This document shows positions 36,070-44,628 of a stretch of 63,894 bases of DNA, in pieces. The stretch is from an uncultured Methanomassiliicoccaceae archaeon (GTDB taxonomy: Archaea > Thermoplasmatota > Thermoplasmata > Methanomassiliicoccales > UBA472): positions 8,800-72,693 of the forward strand of contig CAYHAO010000002.1 of NCBI GenBank assembly GCA_964354665.1, given 5' to 3'. The notes under the pieces are model-generated. The model saw only the letters and a list, made by a program, of their open reading frames with translations. It did no database searches and was not told the DNA's origin. The position numbers and the translations under genes were made by a program. How positions within the stretch are numbered: position 1 is the stretch's first letter; every line of letters begins with the position of its first letter.

Positions 36070-36650
36070 GGCCGGCCGGCCTTCATCAGCTCCTCGTGCC
36101 TGTAGCATTCCACCAGGTGGTCGTTGACCATCCCCACCGCCTGCATGAACGCGTAGCAGATGGTAGGACCAACGAATCTGAATCCCTTCTCGCGCAATGC
36201 TGCGCTCATCCTTTCCGACTCGGGCGTGGCCGCGGGCATTTCCTTGAATGACTTGAAGCTGTGATGGATCGTCCTTCCACCCACGAAGCTCCAGATGAAG
36301 GCGTCGAAGCTCCCCTGAACCATCTGAACCTCCAAGAGGCGCTGGGCGTTGTTCACAGCCGCCTCGATCTTCTGCCGGTTGCGCACGATTCCTTTGTCCT
36401 CCAGCAGAGTATTGACCTTGCGCGCGTCATATCCAGCCACCTTCCTAGGGTCGAAGCCGTCGAACGCCTTGCGGAACGCCTCCCGTTTGCGCAGGATGGT
36501 GAGCCAGCTCAACCCCGCCTGCATGCAGTCCAGGGTTAGGTGCTCGAAGAGCAGGTCGTCATCGTGCACGGGGGTGCCCCATTCCTTATCGTGATAGGAT
36601 ATCAACAGCTCATCGTCCCCCCAGGGGCAGCGCTTCCTCGGCGCGGGCAT
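36039..36650 (-). CDS. tag: DNA-3-methyladenine glycosylase I (Tag)
   Basis: I chose the ATG at 36650 (MPAPRKRCPWGDDELLISYHDKEWGTP…). Motifs …CMQAGLSWLTILRKREAFR…, …IVRNRQKIEA…, …GPTICYAFMQAVGMVNDHLVECY. The upstream 65 codons of the track ORF start at TTG inside an AT-rich promoter. Confidence 0.85.
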   Translation of the reverse strand: MPAPRKRCPWGDDELLISYHDKEWGTPVHDDDLLFEHLTLDCMQAGLSWLTILRKREAFRKAFDGFDPRKVAGYDARKVNTLLEDKGIVRNRQKIEAAVNNAQRLLEVQMVQGSFDAFIWSFVGGRTIHHSFKSFKEMPAATPESERMSAALREKGFRFVGPTICYAFMQAVGMVNDHLVECYRHEELMKAGRPQVPHRPRMR

Positions 36651-36771
36651 GGTACATTGAAACGCTTCCTCTAGGCAATAATCCATTGGTCGTGGAGGTC
36701 TAGCGATCGAGCAGGAACGATGCGTAGGTCCTAGTTCCCCATGCCGCCATATCCCTATCGATAATGAAAAA

Positions 36772-36790
36772 TTTTCACCTTTTTTCACCT
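36772..36790. promoter_or_regulatory. Tandem direct repeat TTTTCACCT x2 (10-bp phase) in the tag / wHTH divergent promoter
   Basis: Copies at 36772..36780 and 36782..36790, inside the AT-rich spacer 36651..36900. Confidence 0.3.
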
Positions 36791-36900
36791 CTTTTTCGAG
36801 CATCTGGATATTATCTAAAAAACTCGTATCAAAAGTGATTCTCAACTCTGATATCTTATATACCGATCAGAGGGCTCAAAGGAATAAAGTGAGGGACACG

Positions 36901-37281
36901 ATGATGCAAGCCCTAGAAACTTCAAGTCTATTGACTGAGGAATACTCCATCAAGGTGCTGGTCGCGCTCATGGGACTGCCTAAGAGCGTGAACGAACTGA
37001 GCGAGAAGCTCGGCATCCCCATCGCCGCCTGCTATCGGAGGATTAGGTCTCTCGAGAAGGCGGGACTACTCTACTGCGTGGACCGAGGTCTGACCCAAAA
37101 GGGCAAGCGCGTTTGCCTTTATAAGGCCAGGATCAGGAACGGCATGATCCTGCTGGAGAAGAACAAGGTAAGGGTCAGGCTGGACATGATCGATGGAAGC
37201 ATCGAGAACTACGATTACGACGCCATGGCGCCGCAGGCTGCCCCGGACGTTAAGGCGGACGGGCACCCGGCCAGCATGTGA
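36901..37281 (+). CDS. Winged-helix (ArsR/TrmB-like) transcriptional regulator
   Basis: ATG at 36901 preceded by GTGAGGG. HTH segment …YSIKVLVALMGLPKSVNELSEKLGIPIAACYRRIRSLEKAGLL…. Confidence 0.65.
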   Translation: MMQALETSSLLTEEYSIKVLVALMGLPKSVNELSEKLGIPIAACYRRIRSLEKAGLLYCVDRGLTQKGKRVCLYKARIRNGMILLEKNKVRVRLDMIDGSIENYDYDAMAPQAAPDVKADGHPASM

Positions 37282-37337
37282 GATGCGCAACCAAACTTCA
37301 AACCTTAAAAGCTGAAGATCAACTCTCGCCCCCCCGG

Positions 37338-37389
37338 GGGCTTGGCCCGTCGATTAGGGCGGTGCCAAGCCCTTTCTTTTGTTTTTTTT
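37338..37389 (+). terminator. Strong hairpin (9-bp GC-rich stem) followed by a T17-rich tract
   Basis: GGGCTTGGC (37338..37346) pairs with GCCAAGCCC (37364..37372), then TTTCTTTTGTTTTTTTT. Lies 57 nt after the regulator stop and ahead of hisG. Confidence 0.6.
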
Positions 37390-37409
37390 AGTGCAAATCG
37401 GCCAGCATG

Positions 37410-37433
37410 CTCGACATTAGTCGAGTTTAAGTA
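37410..37433 (+). promoter_or_regulatory. 6-bp palindrome CTCGAC-atta-GTCGAG abutting a TATA-like TTTAAGTA, upstream of hisG
   Basis: Palindrome at 37410..37425. TTTAAGTA at 37426..37433, which is 42 nt before the hisG GTG at 37475. Confidence 0.3.
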
Positions 37434-37474
37434 GCCATTGGTCATTGCGTGTTTAGATTGTCACAGGTGAGCAA

Positions 37475-38338
37475 GTGACACTGCGATTGGCCGTGCCGAA
37501 CAAGGGGAGGCTGAGCGAGCGCTCGGTCCAGATTTTGAAGCAAGCAGGCCTGGAGATCGAGGATTCGGACGACCGCAAGCTGTTCGCGGCAGTGAAGAAG
37601 CGCGACTTCGCGGTGATGTTCGTGAGGGCCGCGGACATCGTCAACTTCGTCTCGAAGGGGGCGGTGGACGTGGGGATCACGGGCAAGGACCTCGTGCTCG
37701 AGGCTGGGTTGGATGTAAAAATCGTCTACGACCTGAGCTTCGGCCATTGCAGGCTGTCCATAGCCGCTCCCGAGTCTGCGGGCATCGAGGATGTACAGGA
37801 CATCAAGGACGGCTCGGTGGTTGCCACCTCCTTCCCCAACCTTACAAAGAAGTACTTCGCCAAGGCGGGGAAGAAGATAGAGGTGACGACAATTTCAGGG
37901 GCCGCTGAGGTCACCCCACACATCGGTGTGGCGGACCTGATCGTCGACCTGGTCAGCTCTGGCTCCACCCTCAAGGTGAACCACCTGAAGGAAGTTGCGG
38001 TCATCGCCCGCTCCAACGCCGTGGTGATCGTCAACGAGGACTCCTACAAGAAGAAGAGGGAGGACATCGACGAACTGGTGGCGGCCATCGAGAGCGTGGA
38101 GAGCGCCGCCAACAAGAAGTACCTGATGGCTGACGTGCCCACGAAGTCCTTGGATTCGGTGCGCAAGTACTTCCCTGGCATCGCCGGGCCCACCGTCATG
38201 AACATCGCGGGACGCGACGACGTGGTCGCAGTTCATGTGGTCATTGACAAGGACAATGTGTACGACGCCATCACCAGGCTGAAGAAGATGGGCGCGACCG
38301 GGATTCTGATCGTGCCCATCGATCGCATGGTTCCGTAG
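37475..38338 (+). CDS. hisG: ATP phosphoribosyltransferase, long form
   Basis: GTG start. Motifs …LRLAVPNKGRLSE…, …DVGITGKDLV…, …DLVSSGSTLKVN…, plus a C-terminal regulatory domain (287 aa). Confidence 0.93.
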   Translation: MTLRLAVPNKGRLSERSVQILKQAGLEIEDSDDRKLFAAVKKRDFAVMFVRAADIVNFVSKGAVDVGITGKDLVLEAGLDVKIVYDLSFGHCRLSIAAPESAGIEDVQDIKDGSVVATSFPNLTKKYFAKAGKKIEVTTISGAAEVTPHIGVADLIVDLVSSGSTLKVNHLKEVAVIARSNAVVIVNEDSYKKKREDIDELVAAIESVESAANKKYLMADVPTKSLDSVRKYFPGIAGPTVMNIAGRDDVVAVHVVIDKDNVYDAITRLKKMGATGILIVPIDRMVP

Positions 38339-38346
38339 GTGAGGCC

Positions 38347-39399
38347 ATGAAGCTTGAGTGGCAGAGATCCACCGTTCGGGACATACCCCTTTACTACAAC
38401 CCCAAGGTCTCGGGGCTGCGCATGGACACCTCCACCAATCCCCTAGGGGCGAATCCAGCCGCCAAGGAGGCCTTGAAGGAATGCATGGAGATGGACCTTA
38501 ACCAGTACCCATCGCCCTACTCGGACGCGCTGAGGGGCGCGCTGGGCGAGCTCTACTCACTGCCTCCTGAGGACTTCGTGGTGGGGAATGGCTCTGACGA
38601 GGCCTTGGACATCATCTTCAAAAGCTTCCTGGAGCCGGGAGAGACCGTCGTCCTTCCATACCCAGGCTATTCGTTGCACTCCTATTTCGTTAAGGTGAAC
38701 GCCGGCAAGGCCATGTTCGTGGACCTCAGGGACGACTTCCAGCTGGACGTGGAGAGGCTCAATCGGGCCAAGGGCAAGGTGCTCTTGCTGTGCAACCCCA
38801 ACAACCCGACCTCCAACACCTTCCGCCACCAGGACATCGAGGCGGTGATCAACGGTGTCCCAGACCGGATCGTGGTGGTGGACGAGGCGTACGGGGAGTT
38901 CGCCGGCAAGTCCTTCATCCCGGAACTGCAGGACTATGATAACGTCATCGTCACCAGGACGTTCTCCAAGGCCTATGCCTTGGCTGGAATGCGCATCGGA
39001 TATGCCGTCTCCAATCCTGATCTGGCGGGCGTCATGCAACGCGTCAAGATCCCCTACTCCCTGAACCGGGTCTCGGAGATGGTCGCCCTCAAGGCGCTGA
39101 AGGACCAAGAGTTCGTCAGGCACAGCGTAAAGGTCGTCAATGAAGGGAGGAAGCAACTGCATGACGGGCTGAGCCGACTGGGCTTCGAGGTGTTCCTGAG
39201 CGAGGCCAACTTCATATTATTCAAGGGCAAGATCGACCACAGGTTGCTGGTGGAGAGGCTGGCCAAGAAGGGCGTCATGATCCGCGACTTCGGGGACAAG
39301 CGCCGCTTGGAGAACTGCGTCCGCACCACCATCGGCACCGAGGGGATGAACCGATTGTTGCTGGACAAGATGGCGGAGGTGCTGCGGGAATGCCGGTGA
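38347..39399 (+). CDS. hisC: Histidinol-phosphate aminotransferase
   Basis: Class II aminotransferase. Motifs …NPNNPTSN…, …VVVDEAYGEF… and PLP-Lys …TFSKAYALAGMRIGY…. Confidence 0.92.
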   Translation: MKLEWQRSTVRDIPLYYNPKVSGLRMDTSTNPLGANPAAKEALKECMEMDLNQYPSPYSDALRGALGELYSLPPEDFVVGNGSDEALDIIFKSFLEPGETVVLPYPGYSLHSYFVKVNAGKAMFVDLRDDFQLDVERLNRAKGKVLLLCNPNNPTSNTFRHQDIEAVINGVPDRIVVVDEAYGEFAGKSFIPELQDYDNVIVTRTFSKAYALAGMRIGYAVSNPDLAGVMQRVKIPYSLNRVSEMVALKALKDQEFVRHSVKVVNEGRKQLHDGLSRLGFEVFLSEANFILFKGKIDHRLLVERLAKKGVMIRDFGDKRRLENCVRTTIGTEGMNRLLLDKMAEVLRECR

Positions 39400-39989
39400 G
39401 GATGGCCGTCGCCGATTACGGCGTGGGCAACCTGCATTCCATCCGCAAGGCGCTGGAGAACTGCGGGGCCAAGCCCTACATCGTCGAGGACATGCGCGAG
39501 CTCCTGGAAGCGGAGTGCATCGTGCTCCCCGGGGTCGGCGCCTTCGATAAGACCATGGAGCGCCTGCAACCCATCAAGCAGGGGCTGGTAGGCAAGCTGA
39601 AGAACGGCACCCCATGCCTGGGGATCTGCATCGGAGCGCAGATACTGTTCGAGGGTAGCGAGGAAGGCAGGCAGGCTGGCCTCGGCTTCTACCAGGGCAT
39701 GGTCATCAAGCTCAAGGCGGAAAGGGTGCCGCACATGGGCTGGAACTCGGTCCGGACGGAGGACCCGATCTTCCAGGGCATCCGATCGCCCTTCTTCTAC
39801 TTCGCGCACTCCTACTATGGCATGCCGAGCGAGGACACCGCCATTGGCTCCACCGATTACTTTGGCCAGGTGCCCACCCTCTTCCTCAAGGAACGGACCT
39901 ACGGCACGCAGTTCCACCCGGAGAAGTCGTCCGAGTCGGGCATGCGCTTCTTGCGCAATTTCGTCAAATTCGCGGAGGGCTCCGCATGA
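39390..39989 (+). CDS. hisH: Imidazole glycerol phosphate synthase, glutaminase subunit
   Basis: Motifs …VADYGVGNLHSI…, …LPGVGAF…, nucleophile …GICIGAQIL… and …FHPEKS. An alternative in-frame ATG at 39402 sits just after GGTGAGG. Confidence 0.93.
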   Translation: MPVRMAVADYGVGNLHSIRKALENCGAKPYIVEDMRELLEAECIVLPGVGAFDKTMERLQPIKQGLVGKLKNGTPCLGICIGAQILFEGSEEGRQAGLGFYQGMVIKLKAERVPHMGWNSVRTEDPIFQGIRSPFFYFAHSYYGMPSEDTAIGSTDYFGQVPTLFLKERTYGTQFHPEKSSESGMRFLRNFVKFAEGSA

Positions 39990-40696
39990 TGGTCCTACCG
40001 GCGGTGGACATCCTCGATGGCAGGATGGTACAGCTGGTAGGCGGCAAGCCCGGCACGGAGCAGATCGTGCTCCCCGACCCATTAGAGGTGGCCAAGGACT
40101 GGGAGGGGAAGGGCGCCCCTATGGTCCACGTCATCGACCTGGATGGAGCGTTCGGCAAGGGGGGCAATCCCAACCTCATCCACCGCATGCTGATCGAGCT
40201 GAAGATCCCAGTCCAGGTCGGGGGCGGCATCCGTTCCACGGCCATGGTGGACCAGTATATGGACTGGGGCGCGGCCCGGGTAATCGTGGGCACCAAGGCC
40301 ATCATGGACACCAACTGGTTGACCGACGTTTCCCAGGCGCATCCGGGGAAGGTCGTCCTTGCCCTTGACACCGCAAAGGGGCACATCCAGGTCAAGGGCT
40401 GGCAGGAGGCCTCCAAGCTCACTTTGGAGCAGATTTTCACAATCATCAAGCCGCTGCCTTTGGCGGCGGTCCTGCACACCGACGTGGACGTCGAGGGCCG
40501 GGCACAAGGAATAAATGCCGCCGAGGTGCGTAAGTTCGTGGAGCGATGCCCGCACAAGGTGATCGCCTCCGGCGGCATCCGGGGCATGGAGGATATCCGG
40601 GCCTTGGAATCGATCGGCGCGGAGGCCTGCGTGGTTGGCATCGCCCTGTATACCAAGAGGATCAATCCAGTTGATATCTGGAGGCGTGCTAGATGA
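39986..40696 (+). CDS. hisA: ProFAR isomerase
   Basis: Motifs …LPAVDILDGRMVQLVGG…, …HVIDLDGA…, …VQVGGGIRS… and …IASGGI…. Confidence 0.93.
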   Translation: MMVLPAVDILDGRMVQLVGGKPGTEQIVLPDPLEVAKDWEGKGAPMVHVIDLDGAFGKGGNPNLIHRMLIELKIPVQVGGGIRSTAMVDQYMDWGAARVIVGTKAIMDTNWLTDVSQAHPGKVVLALDTAKGHIQVKGWQEASKLTLEQIFTIIKPLPLAAVLHTDVDVEGRAQGINAAEVRKFVERCPHKVIASGGIRGMEDIRALESIGAEACVVGIALYTKRINPVDIWRRAR

Positions 40697-41244
40697 ACCG
40701 AGTCGCAACCATTGATAGGGAGACCAAGGAGACCAAGATCGAGCTCAGGCTGGACCTCGATGGCTCTGGAGACGCGGACATTAACTGCGATGACCAGTTC
40801 CTGACCCACATGCTCGAGTCGCTGGCCAAGTACTCGGACTTCGACCTCACCTTATGTGCCAAGGGGGACAACGAGCACCACCTCTTGGAGGATGTGGCCA
40901 TCGTGCTGGGGATGGCCCTGAGAGAGGCCATCGGCGACCAGCCCATCCAAAGGATCGCGTCCTCCATGGTGCCCATGGACGATGCCTTGGTGGTGGTGGC
41001 CATGGACCTCATCGACCGCCCCTATGTGGACATAGAGTGCCCAGACCCTCTCTACCACCACTTCCTGCGCTCGGTGGCGATGTCCTCGGGGATGACGCTA
41101 CACGTCAAGGTGGTGAGGGGTTTCGACGACCATCACATCGTGGAAGCGACGGTGAAGGCCCTAGGCCGGGCTCTGAACAAGGCCGTGGCGCAGAGGGAGC
41201 GGATGCTCAGCACCAAGGCCAAGCCGAAAGTGAGGAAGAAATAG
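40693..41244 (+). CDS. hisB: Imidazoleglycerol-phosphate dehydratase (monofunctional, no phosphatase domain)
   Basis: Motifs …RETKETKIELRLDLDG…, …FLTHMLESL…, …GDNEHHLLEDVAIVLG… and …DDHHIVEATVKALGRAL. Only 183 aa. Confidence 0.93.
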   Translation: MNRVATIDRETKETKIELRLDLDGSGDADINCDDQFLTHMLESLAKYSDFDLTLCAKGDNEHHLLEDVAIVLGMALREAIGDQPIQRIASSMVPMDDALVVVAMDLIDRPYVDIECPDPLYHHFLRSVAMSSGMTLHVKVVRGFDDHHIVEATVKALGRALNKAVAQRERMLSTKAKPKVRKK

Positions 41245-41997
41245 ATGTTGACCAAGAGGATCATTCCCTGCCTGGACGTAAGGGACGGCGTGACGGTGAA
41301 GGGCGTCAACTTCGTGAACCTCCAGGAGGTGGGCGACCCACCGGAGATGGCTTCCGCCTACGAGGCCCAGGGAGCGGACGAGATCGTGTTCCTGGACATA
41401 TCCGCATCCGCCGAGGGCAGGAAGACGCTGATGCATGTGGTGGAGAGGACCGCGGAGCGCCTATTCGTGCCATTGACGGTCGGGGGAGGCATCCGCAGCA
41501 AGGAGGACATGCGCACCGCCTTGAACGCCGGGGCGGACAAGGTGTCCGTGAACACCATCGCGGTGCAGAGGCCACAGGTCATCGGCGAGTGCGCCGAGGA
41601 CTTCGGCAGGCAGTGCGTGGTGGTGGCCATCGACGCCAAGCGCGAGGGCCAGAGCTGGAAGGTCTACACCCACGGGGGACGGAGGAGGACGGAATTGGAC
41701 GCCGTCGAATGGGCGGCCATGGCCCAGGACCTCGGCGCGGGTGAGATCCTCCTGACCAGCATGGACGCGGACGGGACCAAGGACGGTTACGACCTTCCCC
41801 TGACGCAGAGGGTGGCGGACGAGGTGGACATCCCGGTGATCGCCTCTGGCGGATGCGGGAACGCCCAGCACATCTATGAGGTGCTCTCCAGCACCGGGGC
41901 GGAGGCGGCGTTGGCGGCCTCCATCTTCCACTACGGAGAGCTGACCGTGAAACAAGTCAAGGATTATCTCAGGGAACGGGGGGTGCCGGTCCGATGA
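41245..41997 (+). CDS. hisF: Imidazole glycerol phosphate synthase, cyclase subunit
   Basis: Motifs …KRIIPCLDV…, …[13 protein letters not shown]…, …TVGGGIRS… and …IASGGCG…. Confidence 0.95.
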   Translation: MLTKRIIPCLDVRDGVTVKGVNFVNLQEVGDPPEMASAYEAQGADEIVFLDISASAEGRKTLMHVVERTAERLFVPLTVGGGIRSKEDMRTALNAGADKVSVNTIAVQRPQVIGECAEDFGRQCVVVAIDAKREGQSWKVYTHGGRRRTELDAVEWAAMAQDLGAGEILLTSMDADGTKDGYDLPLTQRVADEVDIPVIASGGCGNAQHIYEVLSSTGAEAALAASIFHYGELTVKQVKDYLRERGVPVR

Positions 41998-42596
41998 CGG
42001 AGCTGAAGTTCGACGAAAAGGGCCTGATACCGGTCATCGTCCAGGATGCTCTTACCTCGGAGGTCCTGATGATGGCCTATGCCGACCGCGAGGCGTATGA
42101 CAAGATGCTGGAGACGAGGAGGACGCACTTCTTCTCTAGGTCGAGGCAGAAGCTATGGATGAAGGGGGAGAGCTCCGGACACGTCCAGGACATCGTCTCC
42201 ATGCAGGCGGACTGCGATGGCGATTGCCTGCTGGTGCGCGTCAGGCAGACCGGGGTGGCCTGCCATCTGGAGCGGCCTTCCTGCTTCGAGGAGGTGCTCT
42301 TGGGCGACCTGAAGGGGACCTCGGCCATCCTACCCGAGCTCATCAGGGTGATCCACGACCGCAGACTCAACCCCAAGGAGGGCAGCTATACCAGTTCGCT
42401 GTTAAGCAACGAGGACAGGATGCTGAAGAAGGTGGTGGAGGAGGCGACCGAGGTCGCGCTGGCCTCGAAGTCCGCGGACAAGAGGATGCAGGCCTGGGAG
42501 GTGGCGGACCTCGTCTATCACCTACTGGTGGTGCTCGAGGGCGAGGATATATCCCTAGAACAGGTCTACCAGATGCTCTGGGAAAGGAGGAAGTGA
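41994..42596 (+). CDS. hisI: Bifunctional phosphoribosyl-AMP cyclohydrolase / phosphoribosyl-ATP pyrophosphatase
   Basis: HisI motifs …LIPVIVQD…, …[18 protein letters not shown]… and …DCDGDCLL… The HisE C-terminal half has …SYTSSLL…[10 protein letters not shown]…[11 protein letters not shown]…. Confidence 0.93.
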   Translation: MTELKFDEKGLIPVIVQDALTSEVLMMAYADREAYDKMLETRRTHFFSRSRQKLWMKGESSGHVQDIVSMQADCDGDCLLVRVRQTGVACHLERPSCFEEVLLGDLKGTSAILPELIRVIHDRRLNPKEGSYTSSLLSNEDRMLKKVVEEATEVALASKSADKRMQAWEVADLVYHLLVVLEGEDISLEQVYQMLWERRK

Positions 42597-42597
42597 G

Positions 42598-43257
42598 ATG
42601 CGCATAGAACTGCACTCGCACACGTTGCTCTCGGACGGAGAGCTGATACCCATCGAGCTGGCCAGGCGCGCGGTGGTCAAGGGCCACCAGGCCTTGGCCA
42701 TCACCGACCACGCCTCGTTATCGAACCTTGACCGCCTCATCTCCGAGGCCAGGAGGGACGTCGAGCTCGCCGCCGAATGGGGGCTGGACCTGATCGTGGG
42801 CGTGGAGATCACCCACGTCCCAGCGCGACGCATAGACCAGGTGGTCAAGGAGGCCCGCAAGAGAGGGGCGGAGCTGATCGTCATCCACGGGGAGACCGTC
42901 AACGAGCCGGTGGAGAAAGGCACCAACCGCGCCGCGGTCACCAATCCCGAGGTGGACATACTCGCCCACCCCGGTCTCATCACCCTGGACGAGGCGGAGC
43001 AGGCCAAGCGCAACGAGGTCATCTTGGAGATTACCTCCAGGCGGTCGCACAACCCCACCAACGGGCACGTGGCCAAGATGGCCTTGGAGGCCGGGGCCAG
43101 GATGGTGGTCAACACCGACGCCCATGCCCCCTCGGACCTCATCGACGCCGAGACCGCTCTCATGGTCGCGCGAGCCGCGGGACTGCCCGAGAGGGACGCG
43201 CAAAAGGCGGTCTTCGATGTTCCACAGGAGCTAGTGCGGAGGGTGAGGGGCAGATGA
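42598..43257 (+). CDS. PHP-family metal-dependent phosphoesterase (COG1387-like); candidate histidinol-phosphate phosphatase
   Basis: PHP motifs MRIELHSHTLLSDG, …ITDHA…, …GVEITH…, …VIHGE…, …ILAHP… and …VNTDAH… Starts 2 nt after the hisIE stop. Its own stop overlaps the aspartate kinase ATG. Confidence 0.7.
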   Translation: MRIELHSHTLLSDGELIPIELARRAVVKGHQALAITDHASLSNLDRLISEARRDVELAAEWGLDLIVGVEITHVPARRIDQVVKEARKRGAELIVIHGETVNEPVEKGTNRAAVTNPEVDILAHPGLITLDEAEQAKRNEVILEITSRRSHNPTNGHVAKMALEAGARMVVNTDAHAPSDLIDAETALMVARAAGLPERDAQKAVFDVPQELVRRVRGR

Positions 43258-44627
43258 AGGTGATGAAGTTCGGGGGCTCCTCGCTGAAGAGCGGGGAGGC
43301 AATGAAGCGGGTCTGCAAGATCATCTCTTCCGACAGCGAGCTCAAGGTGGTGGTGGTCTCCGCCCTCTCCGGGGTCACGGAGGAGCTCATCCAGTTCATC
43401 AGCCAGCTGCGCAAGGAGGACGAGATCGAGGCCTTCATCAAAGGGATGGAGGACAAGCACATCGCCCTGCTGACCGATAGCGTAGAAAACGAGATTATCC
43501 AGAAGGAGGCGTCCGCGAAGATCAAGGACAAGCTCACCCGGCTGGAGAGGGCGTTGTACGGCTTCGTGTACCTGGAGGAGCTGACGCCCCGCACCAAGGA
43601 CCTCATTCAATCATTAGGGGAGAGGCTCTCGGTGATAGTGGTGGCAGCAAGCCTCCAAGACATGGGGGTGAAGGCCGTGCCCATCGACGCGGACGAGCTG
43701 GGCATCATCACGGACGGGGTGTACGGAGGGGCAAGCGCCGTCCTCGACGCCACGGCCAAGAACATCTGCCCCCGCCTCCGCCACATGTTCGACCGGGGCG
43801 AGACGCCCGTGGTGACAGGCTTCTTCGGACGCACCATCGACGGCCACGTAACCATCTTCGGGCGCAACGGCTCGGACTACTCCGCCGCCGTGGTGGCCAA
43901 CGCCTTGAACGCGGACTCTCTGGAGATCTGGAAGGACGTGGATGGCTTCATGTCCGTGGACCCTAAGATCGTGAAGGAAGCGGTCCCCATCGATTCGCTC
44001 TCCTACGACGAGGCGGCCGAGCTATCGTACTTCGGGGCCCAAGTACTCCATCCCAGGACCGTAGAGCCAGCTAGGATGAAGAACATCACCATCTACGTGA
44101 AGAACGTCTTCCGGCCCGAGCTGCGGGGAACGGCCATCAAGCCCTCGGGAGTGCAGAAGGTGCAGGGCATCAAGTCCATCTCCTTCATGAAGAACATGTC
44201 CATCATCAAGATCTACGGCGCCGGCGCGGGCACCAAGACCGGCGTGATCTCGGAGATATCCAGCAAGCTCACCGATGCGGGCGTGAACATCTACTCCGCC
44301 GCCACGTCCCAAACTTGCGTGGCCTTCCTCATCGCCAAGCACGACCTGACCATGGCGCAACGCGCCCTGGAGGCGTCGAAGAAGGGCGTGATCGAGAGGA
44401 TCGAGACCACCGACGACGTCGCCCTGCTCTGCGTGGTGGGCGAGGGCCTAGGATATGAGAAGGGCATCGCGGCCCGGGTCTTCACCGCCGTGGCCAAGGA
44501 GGGCGTGAGCGTGAACATGATCTCCGCCGGGGCGTCCCTGGTGGCCTACCACTTCACCGTGGACAAGAAGGACCTGGAGCGGACGACCAAGGCGATCCAT
44601 GTCGAGTTCTTCCATAGGGCAGGTTGA
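43254..44627 (+). CDS. Aspartate kinase with two C-terminal ACT domains
   Basis: The ATG at 43254 forms an ATGA overlap with the PHP gene. Motifs MKVMKFGGSSL…, …VVVSALSGVT…, …GRNGSDYSAA… and …TDVDGFMSVDPKIV… The 616-aa track ORF is an upstream extension. Confidence 0.9.
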   Translation: MKVMKFGGSSLKSGEAMKRVCKIISSDSELKVVVVSALSGVTEELIQFISQLRKEDEIEAFIKGMEDKHIALLTDSVENEIIQKEASAKIKDKLTRLERALYGFVYLEELTPRTKDLIQSLGERLSVIVVAASLQDMGVKAVPIDADELGIITDGVYGGASAVLDATAKNICPRLRHMFDRGETPVVTGFFGRTIDGHVTIFGRNGSDYSAAVVANALNADSLEIWKDVDGFMSVDPKIVKEAVPIDSLSYDEAAELSYFGAQVLHPRTVEPARMKNITIYVKNVFRPELRGTAIKPSGVQKVQGIKSISFMKNMSIIKIYGAGAGTKTGVISEISSKLTDAGVNIYSAATSQTCVAFLIAKHDLTMAQRALEASKKGVIERIETTDDVALLCVVGEGLGYEKGIAARVFTAVAKEGVSVNMISAGASLVAYHFTVDKKDLERTTKAIHVEFFHRAG

Positions 44628-44628
44628 G

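Noticed and set aside
37331-37340. 10-bp palindrome CCCCCGGGGG just before the terminator hairpin
   Set aside because: It is a short homopolymer-type palindrome contiguous with the larger terminator stem. There is no independent evidence of function.
40693-41997. The hisB TAG stop is immediately followed in frame by the hisF ATG. Likewise the LURP-like ORF and the MTAP ORF (47895..49412) are in the same frame, separated by a single TAG at 48558. I considered amber read-through or pyrrolysine-type fusion.
   Set aside because: By my count TAG ends about 9 of the roughly 63 genes here, so it is used as an ordinary stop. Same-frame adjacency has about a one-in-three chance. No Pyl machinery or methylamine methyltransferase is in the window.
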